From a virus, in the IMG/VR virus record IMGVR_UViG_3300027844_002282: a stretch of DNA of 64,000 bases, one strand, 5' to 3'. Below, piece after piece: positions 11,347 through 20,120 of this stretch. The translations under genes were made by a program, and so were the position numbers. The notes under the pieces are model-generated. The model had not been told where the DNA came from, ran no database searches, and saw only the letters and a list, made by a program, of their open reading frames with translations. The first letter of the stretch is position 1; every line of letters begins with the position of its first letter.

Positions 11347-11625
11347 AAAAATGGCCCTATAAAAATTAGTTAGTCACTTCGTAATTATACACCTATGCAA
11401 AATAACTTACCCACTAACGTTAGTATTTTCTTACTTCTTTGATCCCAACCTACTTCCTAACTCTTCCATATAAGATTTTCATAGTACGCCCCTAATTATT
11501 AAAATAGATGCGCCTCCATTTTTACTATAGGACCCCTCTGGGATAATTTATTATCCCTTTAAACTAGTCTATAAGGGCCTATTTTTATAACATGTACATA
11601 CCGTGATACCAAGGGGTTACGACAC

Positions 11626-11893
11626 AGTACTTTGGCCCTAAACAGTGTTGAGATTACACTGATTGGAGGCAAAGTTGTTTCTTTTCAACATTATTTACTC
11701 CGAAATCAGTGTAAATTTTACACCGATTGTCTGGAAAGATGTCGAAAATAGCCAAAACACTTTTTAGTCTTTGATTTACTCTGAAATCAGTGTAAAATTT
11801 ACATCGATTGAGCCAACGGATTTTTCAATCTCTTCTTTTCAATAATACTTTGCCCGCAAACAGTGTTGAGATTACACTGATTAGCGAGTAAGT
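11626..11893. repeat. four palindromic repeats (A-B-B-A order) sharing core AATCAGTGTAA
   Basis: aaacagtgttgagattacactgatt twice (~11640, ~11858) and tttactc[c/t]gaaatcagtgtaaa..ttaca[c/t]cgattg twice (~11694, ~11775). Confidence 0.85.
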
Positions 11894-12025
11894 GGTGTAA
11901 AATCGAAAAGTTCAGATCGAACAACAAAATTTAACATACCAGCTTGAAATGAGCGGTTTTTAAGGTATGTTACATCCATTAGAAAAGCACGAAAGAAATT
12001 AAAAAAACGAATCAGAGGTAGAACT

Positions 12026-13306
12026 ATGAGCTTTGAAAAGGGCGGAATGACATTTCGAGTACTAAAACCACAAGTGGCGAGAGCAAGCGAAACGGAACAG
12101 GATCTCTTGGATCTTTCCTATCTCGAAACACCCGGCGTTGGCGACTACACCACAGTGGATGTATGTAGAGGCGTAACATTGCATACTGGTGAAAAGCCAG
12201 AAGGCGAAGACTTTTTGAAATACGGTGAGAATGTCTATTTCGCCATGAGAACCAGAGAAAGGGTCATTGATAAAAAAGCAGTTAAGGAACTTGTCAATTA
12301 CTTGTTAGATAAATTCTATACCGAAAAGGGATATGTGGCCAAGGGCAAGAACGTCAAAGAAATCAAAGAGAATGCTGAAGCTATTCTCGCTGACAAGACC
12401 TTCGAGGACTGCTCTGGTATTCGCGCCGTACTCACTCGACCAAAGGCCAATCTTCTCGTGGAGGGAGCCTCTATCAAAAAGGTTGATTCTCTCTTAGACG
12501 GAATGGGCTTGGACACCGCAACCAATTATACGGTATTATCCCCCGACGAACTCTTTACATCCATCACCGGAAAATCGCCAGCAGAATATCTTCCGTATTC
12601 TATTAACGGAAAGTCAACCACAGCAGAAATAGGTAAAGACTTTCTCACGTGGCTCTGGATGGCCTCCGAGACCGATGGTAAGTTGCCTGGGAAGATCGTG
12701 ACCGCTCTTTGCGGAGATATTGTCATGAAGGGCGAAGGAAGAAGTTCTTTGACCACAAAGCTCAGTAAGGGTACGCCTTGGGCTGGGGAAGAGGTATGCG
12801 CCGCATTCAACGAACATAAGAAAGTGTCGTCAGCCAAGTTTCGCGTAATAACGAAGGATGACTACATTGTCGAATGTATGATTGACGAAGAGTTTGTCTT
12901 TTCTGGATTTAAGACCATCACTGAAATTGATGGAAAAGACCCTCAAGAAATCATGGACGAAAGGATAAGAATGGTTGAAAGCTTTCTTGAAACCATTGAG
13001 GCGCTCTTCGAACGATTTTTACAAGAAGTCGATCCTGAACAGGTCGTGACAGCTTGGGTCCACCGTAAACAGGCCGCTCAAATCCAGGTTCAAATAGATT
13101 CTGGAATGGCAGACGCGAGACCGGATGCGCCTCTTGCGGATGGCTCATTTCATATGGATGTAGAACCATGTCCTAAATGTGGGAAAAGTCATGACGCGCT
13201 TATTTTTACAAGCTTGACAGCGCCATTCCAAGACTACAGTCACTGGGGGATGTGTCCCGATAGTCATGATCCAATTATGATGAAAAAAAGAGAGGATGAC
13301 TCTTAA
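12026..13306 (+). CDS. RdgC-like recombination-associated protein with C-terminal Cys/His extension
   Basis: MRTRERVIDKKAVK, GKDFLTWLW resemble RdgC family; sigma70-like promoter TTGAAA..TATGTT at ~11944-11971. Confidence 0.6.
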   Translation: MSFEKGGMTFRVLKPQVARASETEQDLLDLSYLETPGVGDYTTVDVCRGVTLHTGEKPEGEDFLKYGENVYFAMRTRERVIDKKAVKELVNYLLDKFYTEKGYVAKGKNVKEIKENAEAILADKTFEDCSGIRAVLTRPKANLLVEGASIKKVDSLLDGMGLDTATNYTVLSPDELFTSITGKSPAEYLPYSINGKSTTAEIGKDFLTWLWMASETDGKLPGKIVTALCGDIVMKGEGRSSLTTKLSKGTPWAGEEVCAAFNEHKKVSSAKFRVITKDDYIVECMIDEEFVFSGFKTITEIDGKDPQEIMDERIRMVESFLETIEALFERFLQEVDPEQVVTAWVHRKQAAQIQVQIDSGMADARPDAPLADGSFHMDVEPCPKCGKSHDALIFTSLTAPFQDYSHWGMCPDSHDPIMMKKREDDS

Positions 13307-13377
13307 AAGCCACCCTCTCTTATATCAATATCCTATAATTGGGACAATACTATACTATAATTGGGATAATATTAAAA

Positions 13378-13815
13378 CTAAACTGTGTTCTCCAAACGTA
13401 CTCTTTCTTTCTCAGCGTCGGCGTTTTCCGCCGCCTGCTCAGAGGCCTTGTCTTGTGATATTTCATTCTCGGTTAACTCTATCTTCTTCTCAACATCAAA
13501 AAGACTTGTGGGTTTACCCTTAGCGACATCAGCTAAAGCCGTTATTACGGCCTTGATGTCGTTTGGAACGGCAACGGTTTCTGGGTCCATAACATTATTC
13601 GGGGCCAAAAGTCTTTTTAGATCAGAGTCATTAATAAATGTAGAAAGACCCATTTCTACAATATTTTGAATCATAGTAAGGCATTCTTCTTTAACAGTTT
13701 GACTGTCGTCCCACTGCGCTATTTTACCAATAGACTTCCATTCCTTCTTGCTAATTTGAAGAAGCTTCCGTGATTTGCCATTAGAGTTGGCTATTTTTGT
13801 TGTCACAATTCTCAT
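13378..13815 (-). CDS. hypothetical protein (N-terminal SKKEW motif)
   Basis: 145-aa ORF in operon; N-terminus resembles 31719..32210. Confidence 0.6.
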   Translation of the reverse strand: MRIVTTKIANSNGKSRKLLQISKKEWKSIGKIAQWDDSQTVKEECLTMIQNIVEMGLSTFINDSDLKRLLAPNNVMDPETVAVPNDIKAVITALADVAKGKPTSLFDVEKKIELTENEISQDKASEQAAENADAEKERVRLENTV

Positions 13816-14139
13816 TTATATCCCGACCCTTTGCAGTTGGTTGTGTAAATTTGTCACCAGGTCACCGATATCTGTGAGAGATCTCTTGAGACCCTCAACG
13901 GCTTCAACCCTATGCCCAATAGAGGAACTAAGCCTTGCAATTTTTGTTCTTGCCGATACAATCTCACTCAACATAGTATTTAAAGTATCATAAGGTGTGC
14001 TTTCGCCATCCTCTTCAGGCTCATGTATCTCAGCAGCCTTGACTTCTCTTTTTTCAACAACCGGGAAATCAAGCTTGAAACTATCTTTATACTCCAGCTT
14101 ACTTAGCTTTTCAAAAATATCTTTGTTTACATCTCTCAT
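13816..14139 (-). CDS. hypothetical coiled-coil protein
   Basis: 107-aa ORF with RBS AGGAG. Confidence 0.6.
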   Translation of the reverse strand: MRDVNKDIFEKLSKLEYKDSFKLDFPVVEKREVKAAEIHEPEEDGESTPYDTLNTMLSEIVSARTKIARLSSSIGHRVEAVEGLKRSLTDIGDLVTNLHNQLQRVGI

Positions 14140-14156
14140 AATTTTTCTCCTGACGC

Positions 14157-14597
14157 CTATGGGCCGTGAGGGCCACTTTGTGCATGTTTATATTCTACAT
14201 TAAAATCGGCCTGTTTTCCTTCCGCATCGTCATTTAGCGCTCCAGCATCAGCTGTTTTTATGTTTTCACCATCAAGTATGAATATATCAGCGCCGTCTTT
14301 ATTTTCGGAATCAACCTCTGAAGCTCTCTCTATTGCCGAGGGTGGAGCAGTATTTTTTTCGTCAAAAGATTGTTTGAGATAATTCATACCAAGGAAAACT
14401 ACAATTGTGCAAATTGCAGCGGCTGCGCCCCATAGCCCAGACTTTACTTTAAGCTGTGCGACATCTACAGTTAAAACCGTAACGTCGTTCCTGAGATCAC
14501 CGATGTTATCGTTTAGTCTTTTTAATTCGGCAAGAACGTGATTGGCCCATTGACCCCACTCTCCATTACCACCTGAATTTTTATCATCAGATCCCAT
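14157..14597 (-). CDS. membrane protein, holin-like
   Basis: short coiled coil followed by one hydrophobic segment (SGLWGAAAAICTIVVFLGM). Confidence 0.45.
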   Translation of the reverse strand: MGSDDKNSGGNGEWGQWANHVLAELKRLNDNIGDLRNDVTVLTVDVAQLKVKSGLWGAAAAICTIVVFLGMNYLKQSFDEKNTAPPSAIERASEVDSENKDGADIFILDGENIKTADAGALNDDAEGKQADFNVEYKHAQSGPHGP

Positions 14598-14622
14598 TTT
14601 TCACATTCCCATATTAAAGAAG

Positions 14623-15462
14623 TTATCTCTGGGTTTTTAATACATAAAGCTCGGATTGTTCTCCTTTAATATTTATACATAATGTCGTTATTTCTATGTC
14701 ACAACTTGGCCCTGAAATGGGACTTGTATTACAACTAAAAACTATCGTCTCGCCTCCCCAGGCAATTATTGGCTTAAAAAACACATCTATATCCATGCCA
14801 ACTAATTCGACATTCGACTTTGGACCTCTTAAGAAATCATATCCTGACTTGTTAGCATATTTGATAATTCCACAGTTTACCACTATAGCTGGACAGTAGA
14901 TCATATCAATAACTTGATCTACAACAAGGATTGTCCTATCCTTTTCATTAAACTCTTCTTCCACGTCCCTTATAGATACAATATATCCAGAGATCCCATT
15001 CTTTACTGGGGAAACAACAATGTCCGCATGAAAGCTTTTTCCCTTGTCTCCACAAACCTCATCCTGATAGGAGCACTTAACCCCCCCCGTTCTTTCAATA
15101 CCATTGCTCAAGGCCGTGCTAAACGGCTCTCTATCTTTCCCGTCTTCAGAAGGTATAAAAATGAATTTTGAGACATGGAGCCCCTTGACCTCATTAAATA
15201 TAATACCAAACATTTTTTCAGAAGCAGGGTTTATAAAAACAATATTCTCAGATTCATCAAGAACTAAGAAGCCATCGGCAGAGGTGGATAAAATAGAGTC
15301 GGTTATCTTATATAGAGCCTTCAATTCAAAATCCTGAGAAGATATATCATTGGCCATTTTGGACAAGTCATCCAGTCTTCCTTGATTTTTTTTATGTTCT
15401 ATTTCCATGCGCTTGCTTTTCTCAACAGCATCGCCGACAAATAACTTCACAACCCAGTTCAA
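14623..15462 (-). CDS. PAS-domain protein
   Basis: DGFLVLDESENIVFINPASEKMFG...VKGLHV...IVSIRDV is a typical PAS S-box; a second PAS-like segment follows. Confidence 0.75.
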   Translation of the reverse strand: MNWVVKLFVGDAVEKSKRMEIEHKKNQGRLDDLSKMANDISSQDFELKALYKITDSILSTSADGFLVLDESENIVFINPASEKMFGIIFNEVKGLHVSKFIFIPSEDGKDREPFSTALSNGIERTGGVKCSYQDEVCGDKGKSFHADIVVSPVKNGISGYIVSIRDVEEEFNEKDRTILVVDQVIDMIYCPAIVVNCGIIKYANKSGYDFLRGPKSNVELVGMDIDVFFKPIIAWGGETIVFSCNTSPISGPSCDIEITTLCINIKGEQSELYVLKTQR

Positions 15463-15562
15463 AATTATACCTCACTGATAAAAAGAGTTAGAAAAAACAT
15501 ATAACACTGTTGTATTAAGTGAGATTTGACACAATCCCTTTGTGTCCAATAATGGATACAAA

Positions 15563-16297
15563 CTAATCTAAGTCAACACCGGTCCCCTTTTGTCTCTCTT
15601 TTATGATCCTAGTCTGAACCTCCACCGGCATTTCCTCATTTTGAATATGAGAAGTCCTATCCAAGTGTTGAATATCCAGAGATCTTTTTTGTTGCCAGAA
15701 TCCGCTGGCCATATCTACCATAGCTGAACCAAGACTATTTATCAGTCTGGTAATAGGCTGTAAGAACGGAATGTTTTGAAAAGCCATCCCTATCATAGTG
15801 AAAGCCAATCCGAAGCCAAGAAGGTACAAAAGGATCAACATGACTCCACTCATTTTCCACTTCCCCTTAGACTTGTTAATCGCATATTCTGAAAAATCGG
15901 TAAACGCTTTAGCACCCGCTTCCTGATCTTTGGATATATCTTGAACCAGACGAGCATCCTCGATAATACCTGAGCTTTTACCTATAATAGCATCTGTATG
16001 CTCAGAGGTTTGGGCAACGATTCCAGGAGCGCCCTTACGAACGATTTTATCGACTTCCGCTGTACGTCCAAGGATCTCAGCCGCATCTTCCTCGATACGC
16101 TCGCCTATTATCCCAACCGCTTCAGCGTTTTCACGCGCCTGTTTCGCTACAATAGCGGCTTCCCCGGCCTCAATTGCCAACCCAACGTCCTCGCCCTGCC
16201 TACCAGAGCTAAAGAAGCTTCGGCCCCCACCAACACACCCCGACATCAACACTGTCAACACCAACGAGATGATTAACATTTTTGGGACGGTCATCAT
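15563..16297 (-). CDS. lipoprotein with C-terminal transmembrane helix (unimolecular-spanin-like topology)
   Basis: lipobox LMSG-C after hydrophobic signal; helical middle; TM segment near C-terminus. Confidence 0.5.
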   Translation of the reverse strand: MMTVPKMLIISLVLTVLMSGCVGGGRSFFSSGRQGEDVGLAIEAGEAAIVAKQARENAEAVGIIGERIEEDAAEILGRTAEVDKIVRKGAPGIVAQTSEHTDAIIGKSSGIIEDARLVQDISKDQEAGAKAFTDFSEYAINKSKGKWKMSGVMLILLYLLGFGLAFTMIGMAFQNIPFLQPITRLINSLGSAMVDMASGFWQQKRSLDIQHLDRTSHIQNEEMPVEVQTRIIKERQKGTGVDLD

Positions 16298-16388
16298 AAC
16301 TACCTCCGAACACGTGATTTAGAGGACTAAACGCTTAGGGCAATTGTATTTTTGCCGACCTCCAAACCATGAGCGTCTAACTATTATA

Positions 16389-16545
16389 TAGTATTCTAAT
16401 TAATGAAAAGGAAACCTTTATTTCCCACCAAAAGGAGGATTTTGTGAGAAGCTTTCTTAAAATGACTTGACATCGACCGTTTGTGGTGTATTATAAGCAC
16501 ATTGAAACAAACACATCGACATAAAAGTTTTTCGGAACGAAAGGA
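16389..16545 (+). repeat. 157-bp direct repeat copy 1, carrying sigma70-type promoter and RBS
   Basis: appears identical to 17287-17443; contains TTGACA-N17-TATTAT. Confidence 0.95.
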
Positions 16546-16560
16546 ACAGGATATTCAAAA

Positions 16561-16674
16561 ATGACTACAGCAATTACAACCAGAGTAAAAACGAATACAG
16601 TCGCTGCTATTATAGCAGCGTCCATCCGCCATGATAATGGTAGATGGAACGGGATTCGTTCCTCAGGGTTGTAG
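16561..16674 (+). CDS. putative attenuator leader peptide (37 aa, MTTAITTRVKTNTVAAIIAASIRHDNGRWNGIRSSGL)
   Basis: RBS AGGA; its 3' end (ttcctcagg) is complementary to the 5' arm of the downstream terminator. Confidence 0.65.
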   Translation: MTTAITTRVKTNTVAAIIAASIRHDNGRWNGIRSSGL

Positions 16675-16700
16675 CCTTGTAGTTAAGTACAAGCGTACAA

Positions 16701-16740
16701 AAAAAAGGCCTGAGGGAATCAAAAACCTCAGGCCTTTTTT
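16701..16740 (+). terminator. intrinsic terminator (attenuator) upstream of tRNA genes
   Basis: aaaaaaggcctgagg-loop-cctcaggcctttttt. Confidence 0.9.
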
Positions 16741-16866
16741 GTGTTCATACACAGACGATCTTTGAAAATAGAATAGAATAAAGAAAAAACAAAAGGGATG
16801 TTGTACTTCACGGTATAATAGACCTTTAACATACTCCTGTCTCTGCGTAACAAACAGAGGCAGATT

Positions 16867-16942
16867 GCGGACATCGTATAAAGGATAATTACCTTTGGCT
16901 TCCACCCAAATGATGTGAGTTCGAGTCTCACTGTTCGCTCCA
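16867..16942 (+). tRNA. tRNA-Gly(TCC)
   Basis: cloverleaf; anticodon arm tttgg-cttccac-ccaaa; TTCGAG; CCA. Confidence 0.9.
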
Positions 16943-16952
16943 ATTTTTTCTT

Positions 16953-17028
16953 GCGGGTATAGTTCAATTGGTAGAGCAATAGGTTTCCAACCTGTCTGTT
17001 GTCGGTTCGAATCCGACTACCCGCTCCA
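16953..17028 (+). tRNA. tRNA-Gly(TCC)
   Basis: cloverleaf; atagg-tttccaa-cctgt; CCA. Confidence 0.92.
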
Positions 17029-17029
17029 C

Positions 17030-17132
17030 TCTTGAAGGGGCTCCCGATTCTGAATATCAATGTAGGTGAGCCAAGTGGCGGATCGTGATTCAGCATGATC
17101 AAGTGGTGCCCAATCACCACCCTTCAAGACCA
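17030..17132 (+). ncRNA. CCA-ended structured RNA of unknown class
   Basis: closing stem tcttgaagg/ccttcaaga followed by CCA; three internal hairpins. Confidence 0.6.
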
Positions 17133-17286
17133 TTTTTAATCACAACTGTTAAAAGGTTATATTATGGTAACGAAATGTATAAAAATAGTGGTGTTGCATG
17201 TTTGCTCTGATCGATCTATCTAATCTAAAATTGCCAGACATATCGACATTTATGGAAATGCACTCGAATAAGATCGAGTCAACGTT

Positions 17287-17443
17287 TAGTATTCTAATTA
17301 ATGAAAAGGAAACCTTTATTTCCCACCAAAAGGAGGATTTTGTGAGAAGCTTTCTTAAAATGACTTGACATCGACCGTTTGTGGTGTATTATAAGCACAT
17401 TGAAACAAACACATCGACATAAAAGTTTTTCGGAACGAAAGGA
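17287..17443 (+). repeat. 157-bp direct repeat copy 2 (promoter of the 17459-19238 cassette)
   Basis: appears identical to 16389-16545. Confidence 0.95.
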
Positions 17444-17458
17444 GAACGATGAGAACAA

Positions 17459-18277
17459 ATGAAAACTTACTGCATAATCGGTGCCTACGAGTATAATGGC
17501 AGTGCTCGTGATGCGATAGTCGAATACTTTTGTATGCAGGGGGTCGATGGCTTGGTTGTCGTTGATCATAGAAGCCAAAGACCGGCTAGCGACGAGATAG
17601 GGAATGCCGATGCTTGGATGTATCTATGCAGTGCTGCCTGTTCTGCTGGGATGGAGGTGATTTTTCAGTATCACGAATTACCGCGAAGCATAGACCAAGG
17701 ACGAATCGAGAAGATCGTGTCTACTGGGTGCGGCAAGATAAGTATCGGGAGCGCAGAAACTACAGAATGGGTCGGCTCTCACGAGTTGGCGGAAGAAAAC
17801 ATTGAGATTGGCAAGCGCATGGGTTTCGAGTGGGTGTGCGGCATAACGCCGAGGACGATCCTAATGGATTTACTTACTCGTAAGCGGAGAGAAGTTCTCG
17901 TCAGGAATAATGTCTTGTGCCTTACCCTTTCTCCCTATATCCTGTGGGGGTATATGTTTGCTGACGAGCGATTCCCCCATCAATGGGAAACCACGCTGGC
18001 GGGAAAGAACCTTCATGTCGAGTACGGTCTCACGCCGGAAAGACTTGCTGACTACGTTGAGCCACTTGACATAATGGCGGGAGTGGGATCACAGGTGGGT
18101 CTTGATGCCGGTAGCGCAGTATATGCCAAGATGTTAAACTTCAAGGGTTTGGTGATCTCGCTGCCGTTCGATCTGACGGGTGTGTTCGACACCTCAGTAA
18201 GAATGTCGCCTCCGGGCAGCTACCCGACTATTTGTGGGAATTTTGAAGAGGGAGGATACAGGAATGCCTATGCGTGA
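17459..18277 (+). CDS. hypothetical protein
   Basis: 272-aa ORF right after the duplicated promoter/RBS; higher GC than flanks. Confidence 0.7.
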   Translation: MKTYCIIGAYEYNGSARDAIVEYFCMQGVDGLVVVDHRSQRPASDEIGNADAWMYLCSAACSAGMEVIFQYHELPRSIDQGRIEKIVSTGCGKISIGSAETTEWVGSHELAEENIEIGKRMGFEWVCGITPRTILMDLLTRKRREVLVRNNVLCLTLSPYILWGYMFADERFPHQWETTLAGKNLHVEYGLTPERLADYVEPLDIMAGVGSQVGLDAGSAVYAKMLNFKGLVISLPFDLTGVFDTSVRMSPPGSYPTICGNFEEGGYRNAYA

Positions 18278-19238
18278 CGGGATCGTGCTGAGATTTATTC
18301 CGGGGGTCACTTATTCTGTCGTCATTTTTCATATTGGTCACATGACCACGATGATGTGCAATTTTCTTTACGCGAAAAAGCATCATGGTATCTGCTATAT
18401 TGCGCCAGAGATAAGTACAATCGGGTTAAACGGAGCGGGGTTTATAAGACCGTACCTGTCGATAAGTGGCTATCGAACAGATACTTCTCTCAGGCTGTTT
18501 GGTAATCTGGGTATCCCGGAAGTACTGATAAGACCGATTCCAACATACTGGGGTGGCTTAGAGCTACGCCAAGAGATGAGTAAAAAACTTCATGCAGAAA
18601 CTGGAGCATCGATTAGCCAAATATTGGATGAATTCCCGAAGGCTGATATCAGTAGTTCGATAGTCGCTGTTTTTGATTTTCTCTTGGGGTCGAATGTCAT
18701 AATTCGCGGTGGTGATTGGAAGGGCATTGTAGATCCCCATATCCGTGCTTCGACTTATGTAGAGACCCATCGAGCGATCCTAAATTATTTAAGAGGGATA
18801 GTCGGTCAAGGTCCGATTACGGAACACTTCGCACCACTAGTTCTTTCGGACGGAGAGAAGATATCCAAGTCAGCCATTGCTGACATGGGAGAAGACCCCG
18901 TAGTAGTATTCCGAGAAGGGGGATGTTCGACGGAAAATGCCCCCGGAATTTCCCCTCTGGCGTATCTGGTATGGATGGCTGGAAAGGTTGGAGAGGATCT
19001 TAGGTCGATTGATGATTTTGTCAATTATTATCAGCTTTTCGACATCGAGGCTGTTCCGGAAGAGCTTGATTTTGTATTGGATGACCTGCTCAATGCCGAC
19101 GAGGTTGTCAAAAAAGCGTTCGGTCATACATCGAGTAGCGGCGATGACTTGGTGAAACACCTTGCTGTTTTCAGCGATGCTTTAGGGGTTAGTCGGGTCG
19201 ATGGCGTTTACGAGGATACTATAATTTGTAATTTTTGA
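18264..19238 (+). CDS. divergent class I aaRS catalytic domain (GluRS/GluQ-like)
   Basis: LRFIPG...FHIGH...CNFLYAKKHHG, IIRGGD, HFAPLVLSDGEKISKS (HIGH and KMSKS equivalents); RBS GGAGG before ATG 18264. Confidence 0.7.
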   Translation: MPMRDGIVLRFIPGVTYSVVIFHIGHMTTMMCNFLYAKKHHGICYIAPEISTIGLNGAGFIRPYLSISGYRTDTSLRLFGNLGIPEVLIRPIPTYWGGLELRQEMSKKLHAETGASISQILDEFPKADISSSIVAVFDFLLGSNVIIRGGDWKGIVDPHIRASTYVETHRAILNYLRGIVGQGPITEHFAPLVLSDGEKISKSAIADMGEDPVVVFREGGCSTENAPGISPLAYLVWMAGKVGEDLRSIDDFVNYYQLFDIEAVPEELDFVLDDLLNADEVVKKAFGHTSSSGDDLVKHLAVFSDALGVSRVDGVYEDTIICNF

Positions 19239-19454
19239 ACTTTTACAGAATGCATGGGATGAGCCTATTTCAAAGGTGGAAATAGAATTGTCCCCTGTGG
19301 AAAATAAGGATGCATCATCTATCCTGATTATAAAATATGCATAAATACTTTGAAAATGTTGGCGAAACCGGAAGTCATGACTCAGTGGAAACCCTCCGGT
19401 AACTCTCACCGACAGAAAACAAGAGAGCAATAGGCCTGGGCGGGAAAAATAGAT

Positions 19455-19532
19455 GCAGACTGTAGTGTTAGTAGCTCAGCACACTTGATTGTGGCTCAAG
19501 TAGGGGCGGTTCGAATCCGCTCAGCCTGCCCA
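19455..19532 (+). tRNA. tRNA-His(GTG)
   Basis: cttga-ttgtggc-tcaag; G-1:C73; CCA. Confidence 0.9.
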
Positions 19533-19549
19533 TCTTTTGCTGTATAATA

Positions 19550-19636
19550 TCCAGTGTAAACCGTAATGGCAGCGGAACGGACTGTTAATCCGTGACATTT
19601 TATGTCCTGTAAGTTCAAGTCTTACCTCTGGAGCCA
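19550..19636 (+). tRNA. tRNA-Asn(GTT), long variable arm
   Basis: acgga-ctgttaa-tccgt; extra hairpin gacat-ttt-atgtc; GCCA end. Confidence 0.88.
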
Positions 19637-19646
19637 ATTTTATAAT

Positions 19647-19721
19647 AGGTCTGTAGCTTAGTTGGAAGAGCTACTGTCTTCTAAGCAGTTGGTCCGGGCT
19701 CGAATCCTGGCAGGAGCGCCA
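19647..19721 (+). tRNA. tRNA-Arg(TCT), weak acceptor stem
   Basis: actgt-cttctaa-gcagt; CCA; acceptor stem has mismatches. Confidence 0.7.
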
Positions 19722-19827
19722 GTCGCTCTATACGTCTCGTACCAAGCCGAGTGCAAACGGTTGGGATGTACCCGCAAGGGAAATTTTGCAACCGGATGGT
19801 ACCCGGCTGGACGAGCGCATTTTATTT

Positions 19828-19904
19828 GCCCCCGTAGTTCAATTGGATAGAGCAATAGTTTTCTAAACTATCTTGTGTAGGTTCGAGTCCTACCGGGGGT
19901 ACCA
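19828..19904 (+). tRNA. tRNA-Arg(TCT)
   Basis: atagt-tttctaa-actat; canonical D and T arms; CCA. Confidence 0.92.
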
Positions 19905-19915
19905 TTTCTCAAAGA

Positions 19916-19989
19916 GGGTCCGAAGCATTAAGGTGAGGCAATGGGTTTTTACCCTATGGAACAGGGATCATTACCCTGCGGGCCTACCA
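19916..19989 (+). tRNA. tRNA-Lys(TTT), non-canonical T-loop
   Basis: atggg-tttttac-cctat; T arm caggg-atcatta-ccctg; CCA. Confidence 0.8.
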
Positions 19990-20003
19990 ATTTTCAAAAC
20001 AGC

Positions 20004-20032
20004 TTGACTTTTTTCAAAAGCAGGTTATAATA
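20004..20032 (+). promoter_or_regulatory. sigma70-type promoter within tRNA array
   Basis: TTGACT ... TATAAT. Confidence 0.75.
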
Positions 20033-20044
20033 CACTTAACAGAT

Positions 20045-20116
20045 GCCTACGTAGCTCAACTGGAAGAGCACTTCGCTACGAAGAGGTTGCAAGTTCAAAC
20101 CTTGCAGTGGGTACCA
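20045..20116 (+). tRNA. tRNA-Arg(ACG), anticodon stem shortened (possibly defective)
   Basis: cttcg-ctacgaa then 3' stem strand missing bases; CCA. Confidence 0.6.
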
Positions 20117-20120
20117 TTTT

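Noticed and set aside
11626-11893. CRISPR array
   Set aside because: Two repeat types, irregular spacing, no cas genes; treated as palindromic sites instead.
17030-17132. tRNA-Sec (loop contains TCA)
   Set aside because: 6-nt loop, no TTC T-loop, and arm order does not match SelC.
16663-17578. Minus-strand ORFs over the tRNA/attenuator region, and ORFs over tmRNA (38491-39300)
   Set aside because: They overlap RNA genes and have no protein features.
19828-19904. Amber suppressor tRNA (CTA in loop)
   Set aside because: The 7-nt loop tttctaa centres on TCT, so it is Arg.
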